This document shows positions 28,699 through 38,613 of a DNA stretch of 64,000 bases, one piece after another. The first letter of the stretch is position 1; every line of letters starts with the position of its first letter. Location: NCBI GenBank assembly GCA_963667035.1, contig OY762964.1, forward strand, positions 64,001-128,000. Direction: 5' to 3'. This DNA comes from Candidatus Cloacimonadales bacterium (GTDB lineage: Bacteria; Cloacimonadota; Cloacimonadia; Cloacimonadales; JAFGVF01). A program made the translations under genes and the position numbers. Below the pieces are notes generated by a model. The model searched no databases, was not told where the DNA came from, and saw only the letters and a list, made by a program, of their open reading frames with translations.

Positions 28699-29264
28699 TA
28701 TTCCTCCTTTGTATTAACATATCTAACTCTTCACATTTCATAATTAAGATTATTATCTCTAAAATCACTACCTTTTGTCAATGTTCTATCACAATTACTA
28801 CGAAAATAAGACATGACATTTTATTTAAATCTTTCAGACAAACTACCTAATGAGAGACAATAATCAACTATTTCGTAGCAATGCGAATAGGTATTTCTAT
28901 GTTTCCGTTTGATTAAGTCCTCGCTAGGCTTTTTTGATTAAGAAATTGGTAATCTCAATCTTAACTATCTGTGATAATAGGTTTGAAAGGATTCAGAGAT
29001 TTTTAGGAAGTTGATTCAATCTCAAGTGGTTCGTCATATATTTGAAATCAAGCTGGTTTAGAATTTTGTAGACACTGAAGGGAGATTTGCAAAGCTTCCT
29101 ATTGTTAGGTTAATTGATAATATTGATGAACAATATCTTGATTTAATCAAGTCATTTACCGGACGAGTAGATATAATTATAAGACTCGCTGATAATGAGT
29201 TTGAAATAGATGACTTCAGAAGTATTCAATTTAACTAAGAAATACTAACAGGATAGAGGTTTGC

Positions 29265-30890
29265 ATGAAATTGATTTTAATACTAATAGCCTTACTTGTG
29301 ACTTTAGGGTGTACTACCGTTGCAAACAATAATGTAGTTAAAACTAAGTCCGGTCGAATTCAAGGAGATAATATTGGCAGAGTAATCCGTTTTCTTGGTA
29401 TTCCCTATGCTCAAAGCATATCAGGGAAGAATAGGTTTTTACCTCCTCAACCCATGGAGCCATGGACAGATATACTACAAGCTTTCCGTTATGCAGACTC
29501 TTCTCCGCAAGAAACTCTTACTCCTACCGGAGATAGTCCTGTGTCACCGGCTTTTAATACACCGGATTATGTAAAACCGGGAGATAACTGTCTTGCATTA
29601 AACATTTGGACACCTGAAAAGACTGACGATAAATTACCGGTAATGGTGTGGCTGCATGGTGGAGGATGGACCTACGGAAGTGCTTCAAGTGCAATCTACG
29701 ATGGAAAGAACTTAGCTAATCGTGGTGATGTGGTTGTTGTAACAATCAATCACAGACTGGGAGCTTCCGGTCTAACGGATTTCTCAAGAATCATAGGTGG
29801 AGAATTCGTTGAATCATCCAATCTGGGTATTAAAGATATTATAGCTGCGTTGGAATGGGTAAGAGATAATATCTCCGAATTTGGAGGTAATCCGGATTTA
29901 GTCACTATTTTCGGAGAATCAGGTGGAGGTTGGAAAGTTAACACAATGTTAGGGATTCCGTCTGCTAAAGGATTGTTCCATCGGGCTATTGTTGAGAGTG
30001 GACCTTTAACTCGTTTTCTCTCACCGGAGGAAGCGGACAAACTGGCTTTAGCTGTTCTAGAAGAGCTTAACATTAGTGTTGATAATGCTGAGGAGTTGAA
30101 CAATATTACGTTTGAAGATGTTATCAAAGCCGAGTCCGAAGTAATGGCTAACATACCTATGACATTACCCGGTTTCCCTTCAGGATTCTGGCCAGTAATT
30201 GATGGCAAACTTATTTCTGAACATGTATATGATACGAAAGCCGCACTAAGTAGTGTTGATGTTCCCCTTCTTGTTGGTCAGAACGGTACGGAATTTACTC
30301 TTTTTATGCTTGGAGACAAAGTAGCTTACTCACTTGATAATGAAGGTTTGGAAAAACGAGTATACGAATTCTTCGACAAAGAATCAGCAGGGCAGATACT
30401 AAATAGTTACAGAAGAAATTTCAGCGATTACAATCCATCAAGTCTATGGTTTAGAATCTTCTCTGATTATGCCATGGGTACTCTTAACTCCAAGATAATG
30501 GATGTTCGATCTGAAGAACCAAATTCTGCTCCTGTTTATGCATATCGATTCGAATGGCAGACCCCTGCTTTCGAGGGTAAACTATATTCACCTCATACAA
30601 TTGAGATTCCTTTTGTTTTCGATAACGCAAATACTGATGCAGGTATCATTCTAACCGGTGGTGGTAAAGAAGTTGAGAAACTTGCAAAAACCGTTTCTAG
30701 TGCCTGGGTTGAATTTGCACGCACAGGGAAACCTGCTTCCGATGAACTACCGGAATGGCCAAAGTACTCAAAAGAAACTCGTGCCAGTATGCATTTTGAT
30801 TTAACAAGTAAAGTTGCACCATATATAGACTCAGATATTCTGAAGATTTTTAGTAACAAGTTGCAATCTGAAACAGGATTAAATCCATAA
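29265..30890 (+). CDS. Type-B carboxylesterase/lipase, lipoprotein
   Basis: Lipobox TLGC; FLGIPYA, DNCLALNIW, WLHGGG, FGGNPDLVTIFGESGGG, HTIEIPFVF. Confidence 0.92.
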   Translation: MKLILILIALLVTLGCTTVANNNVVKTKSGRIQGDNIGRVIRFLGIPYAQSISGKNRFLPPQPMEPWTDILQAFRYADSSPQETLTPTGDSPVSPAFNTPDYVKPGDNCLALNIWTPEKTDDKLPVMVWLHGGGWTYGSASSAIYDGKNLANRGDVVVVTINHRLGASGLTDFSRIIGGEFVESSNLGIKDIIAALEWVRDNISEFGGNPDLVTIFGESGGGWKVNTMLGIPSAKGLFHRAIVESGPLTRFLSPEEADKLALAVLEELNISVDNAEELNNITFEDVIKAESEVMANIPMTLPGFPSGFWPVIDGKLISEHVYDTKAALSSVDVPLLVGQNGTEFTLFMLGDKVAYSLDNEGLEKRVYEFFDKESAGQILNSYRRNFSDYNPSSLWFRIFSDYAMGTLNSKIMDVRSEEPNSAPVYAYRFEWQTPAFEGKLYSPHTIEIPFVFDNANTDAGIILTGGGKEVEKLAKTVSSAWVEFARTGKPASDELPEWPKYSKETRASMHFDLTSKVAPYIDSDILKIFSNKLQSETGLNP

Positions 30891-31033
30891 GTTAATTCGG
30901 TACAGGAAGATTTGGCAATTTACGTAAAACCCTAAGTTTACATGGTGTTCCAAAAGATTACAATCCCTCAGTGGAGATATTACTTATTTATCCCACTTGG
31001 TGAAACAGGGCAATATTCTATCCCTATAAACAA

Positions 31034-31057
31034 AAGGTAGACTTAAAAGCCTACCTT
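31034..31057 (-). terminator. Probable terminator
   Basis: aaggtag...ctacctt stem downstream of the phosphatase stop. Confidence 0.5.
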
Positions 31058-31088
31058 CCAACTGTTATTTTGATTTGTAGATAATTTA

Positions 31089-32501
31089 CTAACGTTTCCT
31101 AAGCATAAACTCTTTCTTCTGTAGATAGTCATACCTTAGATTTCTTCCCGGCTGATAGTTGAATGCCATGATAGATTCATGACCTTCTTTTAAGGATGCA
31201 TAGTCGGCAAAATCAAGTGTCTTGATAATTGCGGCAAACACTCTTATAGCTCCGGAATGATCAGCCAATACGACTCTGTGCCCAAGGTTTTTCTTCAACA
31301 ACTCCACAAAACTAAAAGCTATACGCCAATCCGATTCCAGTAAGGTTTCGCCTTCAGGAAAATGGAAGAATCTGTTTTTAAAATACTTTTTAACCTTAGA
31401 TTTAAGTTCTTCGGGTGAGCCACCCCATTCTTTCTTATATATTTCAATTGTTTTGTCGAATATATCTTTTTTAACCTTATGAGTTAAAGCTCCGTATTTC
31501 TGGGAATTTAAACCATAAAGCGGATTAAATGACAGATTAGTATATCCTGCTTCTTGAAGGAAATATCTTGCTGTCTGCTCGGTATTCTCCGATTCACTGC
31601 CGTAGACTAAAATCGGGTTATCTTTACTCCAAGACCAGAGCGAGAAGTTTTGTTTTTCCAAGTTATCCACAACAACCTTGAAATCCTTTCCAAGTTCCTT
31701 AGCTGTGTTTATACCGTCTTCATGAAGATAGTTACCCATAGAACCGGGTATACGTCTATTATTCTCCCAACTATCCCAGTATCCCGAACCGACAAACACA
31801 GGATTATCTCCACCTGACTCATGATGAGAGCGTCCGTGTCTTACAAGTATGACCTGAGTCTGATTAATGGGAACATAAGCTTGAGGGAATAAAGGTATCG
31901 CTTTACCGTTAGGTAACCAGATAAGTCCTTCTTGCATGGTCAACCCGCTACCATCGTCAAGAAGACGTCCTGTAGTTCTTCTTTTACCGCTTTCATCCGT
32001 AGCCATATCATCAGCTAAAACAAGCTTAGTTCTGTATCTTGTCATGTTTGAACCGATATGTGGTATATTCTGAGGGCAAAGTTCATTGTTAAATCTGCGT
32101 AGATTAAATACATGCATCATCAATCGTTTAAAGCTGTCATTCTTAATTAATCCGTTCCAGGCAAGAAAGAAAAGATGCGGATTGCCTCCTGAGAAATAGT
32201 TATGGATAAACTCATATTTTCTTTTAATATAAGTACTTGGAGTAAAGTTTTTATCCATGGAAAGAATGAAGAAGTAAATTCGCTTTCCCAGATATTTCAA
32301 ATGATTTATAAATTCAGGAGTAACGCTATTCTCGTCCAAACTTGTCTTATCGTCATAAACCATGTTCAGGAATTTGATGTCATTTGTTACCGATTCCACT
32401 GTGTAGCAATTGTGGAACTCTCGATGTTCTCTGTGAGATATCTCACTTTTAGGAGTATTCTTTGACTTTATGTTATCACTCTTCTTGATTTCTTTTTTCA
32501 T
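31089..32501 (-). CDS. Histidine phosphatase superfamily protein with unknown N-terminal domain
   Basis: ILVRHGRS motif; FPEGET; VLADHSGAIR. Confidence 0.75.
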   Translation of the reverse strand: MKKEIKKSDNIKSKNTPKSEISHREHREFHNCYTVESVTNDIKFLNMVYDDKTSLDENSVTPEFINHLKYLGKRIYFFILSMDKNFTPSTYIKRKYEFIHNYFSGGNPHLFFLAWNGLIKNDSFKRLMMHVFNLRRFNNELCPQNIPHIGSNMTRYRTKLVLADDMATDESGKRRTTGRLLDDGSGLTMQEGLIWLPNGKAIPLFPQAYVPINQTQVILVRHGRSHHESGGDNPVFVGSGYWDSWENNRRIPGSMGNYLHEDGINTAKELGKDFKVVVDNLEKQNFSLWSWSKDNPILVYGSESENTEQTARYFLQEAGYTNLSFNPLYGLNSQKYGALTHKVKKDIFDKTIEIYKKEWGGSPEELKSKVKKYFKNRFFHFPEGETLLESDWRIAFSFVELLKKNLGHRVVLADHSGAIRVFAAIIKTLDFADYASLKEGHESIMAFNYQPGRNLRYDYLQKKEFMLRKR

Positions 32502-32723
32502 TTACAACCTCCAATAGTAAAGACATGTATAAATTAGTGCAAAGCAGTATTTTTGGCAATAAAAAAGAGTATGAGAAAACCATGAAATGTAAGAAAATTA
32601 CATAATGAAGTTCAAAGAGATAGAATCACCCTAAGTTCATTTGAATAATAGTGAAGATTTGCCACATTTATTGTATAGGCTCTCAATAAATCTATAGTAC
32701 TTAACAGTCTAACGTGTTAACTT

Positions 32724-33185
32724 ATGTGTGGGAACCTTCTTTATTGTTTATGATATGCTTAATCTCATTGTGAAGGCTACACATTTTTCTTTTTACGACC
32801 TCTCAATCCACTCCTAATTCTATCCCATTTTTATCCCTTTCATGAATCCTTTTGGGCGTCCACCAACCACGGGTTTCTCTCGGGTTAGTCTCCCGTTGGT
32901 CTCCCGTTGCTCTCCCGTTGCTCGCAACGAGATAGAAGCGGGAGAAAAATGAGAGAGAAACTCTCGAAAAATTTGTGGTCGGAAGGAAGAGTAAAGGCGA
33001 GTAAAATGAAATAAGGAGTATTGGAAGTATTCCGAAAAGTGTGGCGAGTCACCCTGAGAATAATTAGATTGTCGAATGGAGTAAAATGGGTCTCTCAATA
33101 AATCTTTAGAATTTAATAGCCTAATGTACTAGCTCATGTGATTACAACGTAATTAGCTTTTAGTAATGCGGGGTGACTAAAGATA
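32724..33185 (-). repeat. Dispersed ~460-bp element copy A (3x caacgggagac, includes IS256-like end)
   Basis: Colinear inverted homology to 60453-60910. Confidence 0.85.
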
Positions 33186-33187
33186 TA

Positions 33188-33219
33188 AGAAAGCCTGCCG
33201 ATATATTCGGCAGGTTTCT
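33188..33219. terminator. Terminator-like hairpin downstream of the glucan operon
   Basis: cctgccga-tatat-tcggcagg core with AT-rich extensions. Confidence 0.7.
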
Positions 33220-33320
33220 ACTTTATCCGTACGAATCAAAGATTTTTAGGATGTTTTTGGTAATGGTCGTGTTATATGTATTTCAATCCAAATCCATACG
33301 GTATAAATATTGATTGTGTT

Positions 33321-36300
33321 CTATTCAAAATGAACATCGATTTGCTTCACATCTCTGCCTCTGACAGCCATAGCAACACTATCCGTAAGATATAATCCGG
33401 AAACCGTCTTGGTATTACCATCAGAGTATTTAAGTTCGTAGTTTACCGGTTTTACGCAATCATCCCCATAAGTGTTTCCTCGCTTGGGATTATGATATAT
33501 AACCAATACTTCTCCGAGATACATGAAACTGAAAGAGTCTATCGGGAAACTAACGCTTTCCCATTTTCCATTGATAAACAAGTTTCTGGTTTTAACTGAC
33601 TTTGTAAACAGCCATTCCGGCAAAACCGGTTTGAATTCCAACCGAAGTTTACCCTCTTTGTTCAAAGAAAACGGAGTTCTACCTGTTGCCATGTGCATAA
33701 GAATACTGATAAATTCAGCAGTTGCACCACTTAAACGAGAGACAAAGCCGTTTCCGTGAATTGATGGATCAGGATTACTGCTACTGACAAGGAAGGATGA
33801 GTTTTCAAGTACACTCCTACCATATACGGCAGGATCTAAGAATGGTATGAAAACATTCTTGAAGTCCTCGAAGAACTCATCATAAAGCCCATTCCTAAGA
33901 ACTTCCAGCATATACTTGTATTCCATGTGTAACCAAATTGATTCATTCTCAAACCAGCCGGGGGAGAATGTTCTGGCTCGTCCGATTTCCAATGGCTGAC
34001 TAGCAAGACACTCATTCACTTTATACATCTTTAGCTTGGTATCAAACAACCCGCTTTTCTTAATATTCTTAACAAGATTGCGTGATACTGCCGTATTGTT
34101 ACTTGAACGCAAGAAATGAACCGGACCTTCCAAGAATAAAGGTAGATGGATTGATTCAAACTCCAAAGCTTTAAAGCATGGTAAGCCTTTAGCATTTCTT
34201 TTGATAACTCTTTGACCTTGATTATCTATCGTATATATTAACTCATGTTTAGTGACTTTATTGATAAAGTAAGTGGAAATCACATTCTGCTTTGAATTCC
34301 AAGCTTTGGAAATACCGTCTTCAACTCTCCTGAGTCCTGATTTTAGAAAATCGGTAACATGGTTGAAAGACATCTCTTTATCCTTACCGCTTATTCCAAG
34401 TCTGGTAAGATTTCTAAACTGTTCCTTTAATGTAGTAGCTTTATCCCAATATTCGAAAGGAGAAAGCTTCTCTTTGAGGATAATGTCCAGTGATTCTATA
34501 TAATCATAAACCTCTTCACTGATAGTGAATGATTTACAATCCGAGCTATACTCGTCAATAGCATTAAGCATAAAAGCTATATGACGTTTTACTTCTAAAG
34601 TCTCGCTTAAGCTAGATCCTATGAGTCCTGGTAAACCGTTAAGGGCATCATACCAATTGGGTTTATCAGACTCCATCTCAATTCCAATTCCGGAACCATC
34701 TAGTGAAGCAAGTTTGTTGGTTATCAAGCAAAGCATTTTATTGAAAAGAGTTGTATAATACACATCACCCAAACCATAGTTGGTATGTACTTTGTTAGGG
34801 TCAATTGCTCTCGATTTGATTAAGTTGTCTTTCTCTTCATCAAAAACAACACTGTTAAGTTGCATCATATTCCCGTCCCAGATAACATATTTATCTCTAC
34901 GAGGTGCAACTAAATGGGCATTATCATAGTAAGTATACTCTCTTTCATGGAATATTAAATCTTCTTTTGCTTCAGGATATATGGCTAAATAGTTCTCTAT
35001 TAAGTCGAGATTATATGTCCAGTGGTCTGTCCAGAAACTCTCTCCGTATTCAGTATCATATTTCTTGGAGCTAACCCCCATTAAATCACCTAAGAAATGT
35101 TCAGTCTCCCCTGTAATCTCAATTCCTTCTTTCTTCATGAAAGTCAGTAGTTCACCGGGAGTGAATGGAGATTGCAATTTCTCGGCAACGACACTTACTG
35201 CAGAATCCGATAGATATGGAGTTAGTACCGAATTCAAGGCTTCATTGTTATTGGGAGAGAATCTGATCTCTTTTATAACCAGAGGATTGAAACCATCCAA
35301 TTGTATAAGATTATAAAAATGCTTTATATTACTATCCTTAACATCAGGATTAAAAAATAAATCGCAGCGTCTATTCTGATTTACATCTCGATAGTTACCG
35401 TTCCCTTGTGAATAATGAGTAGGCATAAGTCTGAAATCATTATAATCTCTTTCTAAGTCTCCATGCTTTCTGGAAAACAGGTGAAGAGTGGTAGAACTGT
35501 CTTTTCCTTTAATTGTATATGGCAAACCACCTCTTAAAGTGTTGTCCAGGAAGTTCTGACGAGAATAATGATTAAATTTAGCCTCTTCACTACAAACAAA
35601 GTTATTTTGAGTAATCTTCTTAATCAGTTCGTGGTTAGCCAACCTCTTAGCTTCTATGTATCCTTCTTGAGTAACTTTTGTTGCTATTCTGTTTAACTCA
35701 TCCACGGAATCAGCATGTCCGATTACCGAAATGTAAACAAATGCTTCCTCAGGGTTAACAGATACTTCCGATAAACCCATCGCAGAAGGGAGTCTGTTTT
35801 CTAAAATCTGATTAGCAATGATATCTTCAGGCTTATTCGCTAGAAAAGCTTCCGGTAGCTTGTAGTCTCCTCTGTTTCCAAAGATATGAACCGGATCAAC
35901 AATAGGATTAACTAAACTAGTTTTACCATTAGTTGTAGTAAAACCAAGATAGAAATTACCTTCTTTGATTCTAACCACGTCAGGTCTGTCTGCAGGTTCA
36001 ACTTTACCTTTAAAGAAAGGCACCTTATTCTCAAAGTTTGTGACTTCCACAAATGCTTCAAATAACCTTCTTAAGAATTTTAGACCTGTATTATCCAAAC
36101 CGTATGGCACGATTAAAGGAAGCCCGTCAAGAACATCAAAGCTTATTGCACTTGAGCCTATGTTCTCAATTGTAAGCTCTCTGATTAACCCTGCAAAAGA
36201 ATCATGGGGTACATTATTATATTCAACCGTAAATTTCAGACCAAGAGACTTGTTTATCTCGCAAATTGATAATCCGGCAGGTTTAATAATCATTTCTTGT

Positions 36301-36641
36301 TCTATATCCATCTCTCCCTGATTCAAATCTCTTTGGAAAGGTTCATAGAACTCAACTGTGTTTTCTTTCTTTATCTTCAGAAACGTTCTGAAACCTTGCG
36401 AAGAGACAAGATTATAAGCCCAGTTTGCCGGAAGGAATTCCATCACCGGTTTATGCTTACCTTCAATACCCATACTGCATACGCATTGACCTCGGTTAAC
36501 ATAGAACAGCCACATTGGAATACCTTCTTTACCCGCAAGACCGGGAAAGAAACTTGAAAACAACTTGGATGTATTATAATTGGTGATTACAAACTCACCT
36601 GCATCATTTAGTCGGTATTTAATGTCTTTGGTAGGAATCAA
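33321..36641 (-). CDS. GH161-type beta-1,3-glucan phosphorylase
   Basis: FSSFFPGLAGKEGIPMWLFYVNRGQ, FLDNTLRGG, SRKHGDLERDYNDF, SQGNGNYRDVNQNRR, WTDHWTYNLD, WYDALNGLPG, GWFENESIWLHMEYKY, SRLSGATAEF. Confidence 0.8.
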   Translation of the reverse strand: MIPTKDIKYRLNDAGEFVITNYNTSKLFSSFFPGLAGKEGIPMWLFYVNRGQCVCSMGIEGKHKPVMEFLPANWAYNLVSSQGFRTFLKIKKENTVEFYEPFQRDLNQGEMDIEQEMIIKPAGLSICEINKSLGLKFTVEYNNVPHDSFAGLIRELTIENIGSSAISFDVLDGLPLIVPYGLDNTGLKFLRRLFEAFVEVTNFENKVPFFKGKVEPADRPDVVRIKEGNFYLGFTTTNGKTSLVNPIVDPVHIFGNRGDYKLPEAFLANKPEDIIANQILENRLPSAMGLSEVSVNPEEAFVYISVIGHADSVDELNRIATKVTQEGYIEAKRLANHELIKKITQNNFVCSEEAKFNHYSRQNFLDNTLRGGLPYTIKGKDSSTTLHLFSRKHGDLERDYNDFRLMPTHYSQGNGNYRDVNQNRRCDLFFNPDVKDSNIKHFYNLIQLDGFNPLVIKEIRFSPNNNEALNSVLTPYLSDSAVSVVAEKLQSPFTPGELLTFMKKEGIEITGETEHFLGDLMGVSSKKYDTEYGESFWTDHWTYNLDLIENYLAIYPEAKEDLIFHEREYTYYDNAHLVAPRRDKYVIWDGNMMQLNSVVFDEEKDNLIKSRAIDPNKVHTNYGLGDVYYTTLFNKMLCLITNKLASLDGSGIGIEMESDKPNWYDALNGLPGLIGSSLSETLEVKRHIAFMLNAIDEYSSDCKSFTISEEVYDYIESLDIILKEKLSPFEYWDKATTLKEQFRNLTRLGISGKDKEMSFNHVTDFLKSGLRRVEDGISKAWNSKQNVISTYFINKVTKHELIYTIDNQGQRVIKRNAKGLPCFKALEFESIHLPLFLEGPVHFLRSSNNTAVSRNLVKNIKKSGLFDTKLKMYKVNECLASQPLEIGRARTFSPGWFENESIWLHMEYKYMLEVLRNGLYDEFFEDFKNVFIPFLDPAVYGRSVLENSSFLVSSSNPDPSIHGNGFVSRLSGATAEFISILMHMATGRTPFSLNKEGKLRLEFKPVLPEWLFTKSVKTRNLFINGKWESVSFPIDSFSFMYLGEVLVIYHNPKRGNTYGDDCVKPVNYELKYSDGNTKTVSGLYLTDSVAMAVRGRDVKQIDVHFE

Positions 36642-36676
36642 TTCTACCCCCTTATCAATTATATATTAAAAAAGAA

Positions 36677-36706
36677 AATCAGCCAATACGCTCGTATTGG
36701 CTGATT
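36677..36706 (-). terminator. Rho-independent terminator inside the glucan locus
   Basis: aatcagccaatacg-ct-cgtattggctgatt with U tract on the minus strand. Confidence 0.8.
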
Positions 36707-36713
36707 GTTATAA

Positions 36714-38591
36714 CTATTTAAGTAGAACCATCTGCTTGGTTGCTACATTCTTATTGTTTACTGAAAGTGTATAGAAATAAACACCTGAAGCAAAGCTGTC
36801 TGCCTGCCATTCTACGTTATATGTATCAGGAGATTTATGTTCATTCACAAGAGTATCCACTAAACGTCCTTTAACATCATAGACTTTAAGAGAGACTTTG
36901 CCCGGTTTGTTGATTGTATAGTTTATGTTTGTTTTCGGATTAAACGGATTCGGATAGTTGTTACCTAATATATAATTAGCATTAACAACACTAGCATGCT
37001 CGTCATCAACATCCTGTGTTTCATCATAGAAATAGATGTTGTCAATATACATAGTTCCAAGATCACCTGAGAAAATTAACTGAGCCAAATGCTCCTTTGT
37101 TGTTAATCCGGTGAAACTTGAAAGAGGTAAATCCAAGCTTATCCAAGTTCCGGAAGCTAGTACCGAATTACCTATAGTTAGCTCATGTTCCACATCGTCT
37201 CCACCTGACCAAGCACCATCAGCACCAAAGTCTACTAACTTAATGTTTAACTCTGTAGTATCAACAACTGCATCAGGAGTCCATATATCGAGATGGAAAT
37301 TGGTCATTGCTCCTGCATTAATAGTTAGAGAAGTAAACTCAATACCGGCAAAAACTACATTAGTATACAATTTTACGTTATCACCGTCGACTAGAATATC
37401 ACTTACATTAGCATTATCCCACTCTGCAGACCATGTATCTACTGTTACATTTGTATATGCATCACTAAACAATGAGATTACACTTTCACTTGGAAGAGTA
37501 GGAGTGGTTGCGGCAACCTCAGGACCCATCGGGCCTGTTCCTCCGGCATGGAAGTAGATGTTATCCACATACAAAGTATTAGGGTCACCCGAGATGATTA
37601 GCTGGGCTAAATGAGCTCTGGTAGTAAGAGCTGTGAAATTATCTAGCGGAATATCGAGACTAATCCATGAATTAGCTATAATCACATCATCACGAAAAGA
37701 CAACTCATGCTCTACATCATCTCCACCCGACCATGCTCCGTCTGCACCAAAATCTACAAGCTTAACTTTTAGTTCTTGAGGACTTGTAATTGTATCGGGT
37801 GTCCATAAATCCAAATGGAAATAATCTAAGTCACTTGCATCTATTGTATTAGATGTAAATTCGATCCCTGCAAATACCAGACTTGTATATAATTTAACAT
37901 CATCCCCTTGAATCTGCACATCGCTAACATTTGCATCATCCCAATCAGCAGACCATGTATCAACTATATTGTTAGTATATGCATTACTGAATATTGAGAT
38001 AACACTTTCACCAGGATGCATTGGTGAAGGTGCTGCAGTTTCAGGTTCAGGAATAGGATCTACATTTGTTTCCGGTAATTGGATATTATCGAAATAAACT
38101 ATATGATCTTCTGTTCTTTCTGCAAAATCGGGAATCACAATTAATCTGCTGTAAGTATTACCAATAGAACCTGAGAAATCAAATGTTATCTCCTCCCATT
38201 GATTAACTTGAGTATTTGGGACTTGTAATTCTATAGGAGCACTTGTTCCTTCGAACTTAATGCCTATATTACTAACAACTGTCTTATAAACCATAATAGT
38301 GATTGTTGAATTGTTAGCATTAAACTCAAATGGGTCAACTTCATCAGTAAAACATAATGCCCAGGCTTGTCCTCCTGCTCTTGCAGTGAACATTGCACTT
38401 GTAGCAGATGTATTAACACCTGTTGTGGTAGGATTAGCAACAAACTCAAGAGGTGGATTATCGCCGTTTTCACCTGCTGTCCAAGCCCATTCGGCACCTA
38501 ATCCGTTTGTTTCAAAATCTACATTAATGTACTGGGCAAAAACAACAGCACTAAGTAGCAATATTATTATAGTAAATATATTCTTTTTCAT
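36714..38591 (-). CDS. Secreted multi-module carbohydrate-binding-like protein with T9SS/FlgD-like C-terminus
   Basis: Signal peptide; two VISxFSxAYT...LVDFGADGAWSGGDDVEHEL...DNIYF repeats; NNYPNPFNP tail; no catalytic motif seen. Confidence 0.75.
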   Translation of the reverse strand: MKKNIFTIIILLLSAVVFAQYINVDFETNGLGAEWAWTAGENGDNPPLEFVANPTTTGVNTSATSAMFTARAGGQAWALCFTDEVDPFEFNANNSTITIMVYKTVVSNIGIKFEGTSAPIELQVPNTQVNQWEEITFDFSGSIGNTYSRLIVIPDFAERTEDHIVYFDNIQLPETNVDPIPEPETAAPSPMHPGESVISIFSNAYTNNIVDTWSADWDDANVSDVQIQGDDVKLYTSLVFAGIEFTSNTIDASDLDYFHLDLWTPDTITSPQELKVKLVDFGADGAWSGGDDVEHELSFRDDVIIANSWISLDIPLDNFTALTTRAHLAQLIISGDPNTLYVDNIYFHAGGTGPMGPEVAATTPTLPSESVISLFSDAYTNVTVDTWSAEWDNANVSDILVDGDNVKLYTNVVFAGIEFTSLTINAGAMTNFHLDIWTPDAVVDTTELNIKLVDFGADGAWSGGDDVEHELTIGNSVLASGTWISLDLPLSSFTGLTTKEHLAQLIFSGDLGTMYIDNIYFYDETQDVDDEHASVVNANYILGNNYPNPFNPKTNINYTINKPGKVSLKVYDVKGRLVDTLVNEHKSPDTYNVEWQADSFASGVYFYTLSVNNKNVATKQMVLLK

Positions 38592-38613
38592 CTTTCCTCC
38601 ATGATACTATATC

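Noticed and set aside
29065..29238. Open stretch FVDTEGRFAKLP...SIQFN* before the esterase
   Set aside because: Looks like a gene remnant but has no start or recognisable family; not called
13352..33000. Integrase-driven island at ssrA
   Set aside because: No integrase ORF and no duplicated ssrA 3' end noticed
32820..33098. Short ORFs in the repeat element (also 60543-60746, 60595-60789)
   Set aside because: Frames and lengths are not conserved between the two copies
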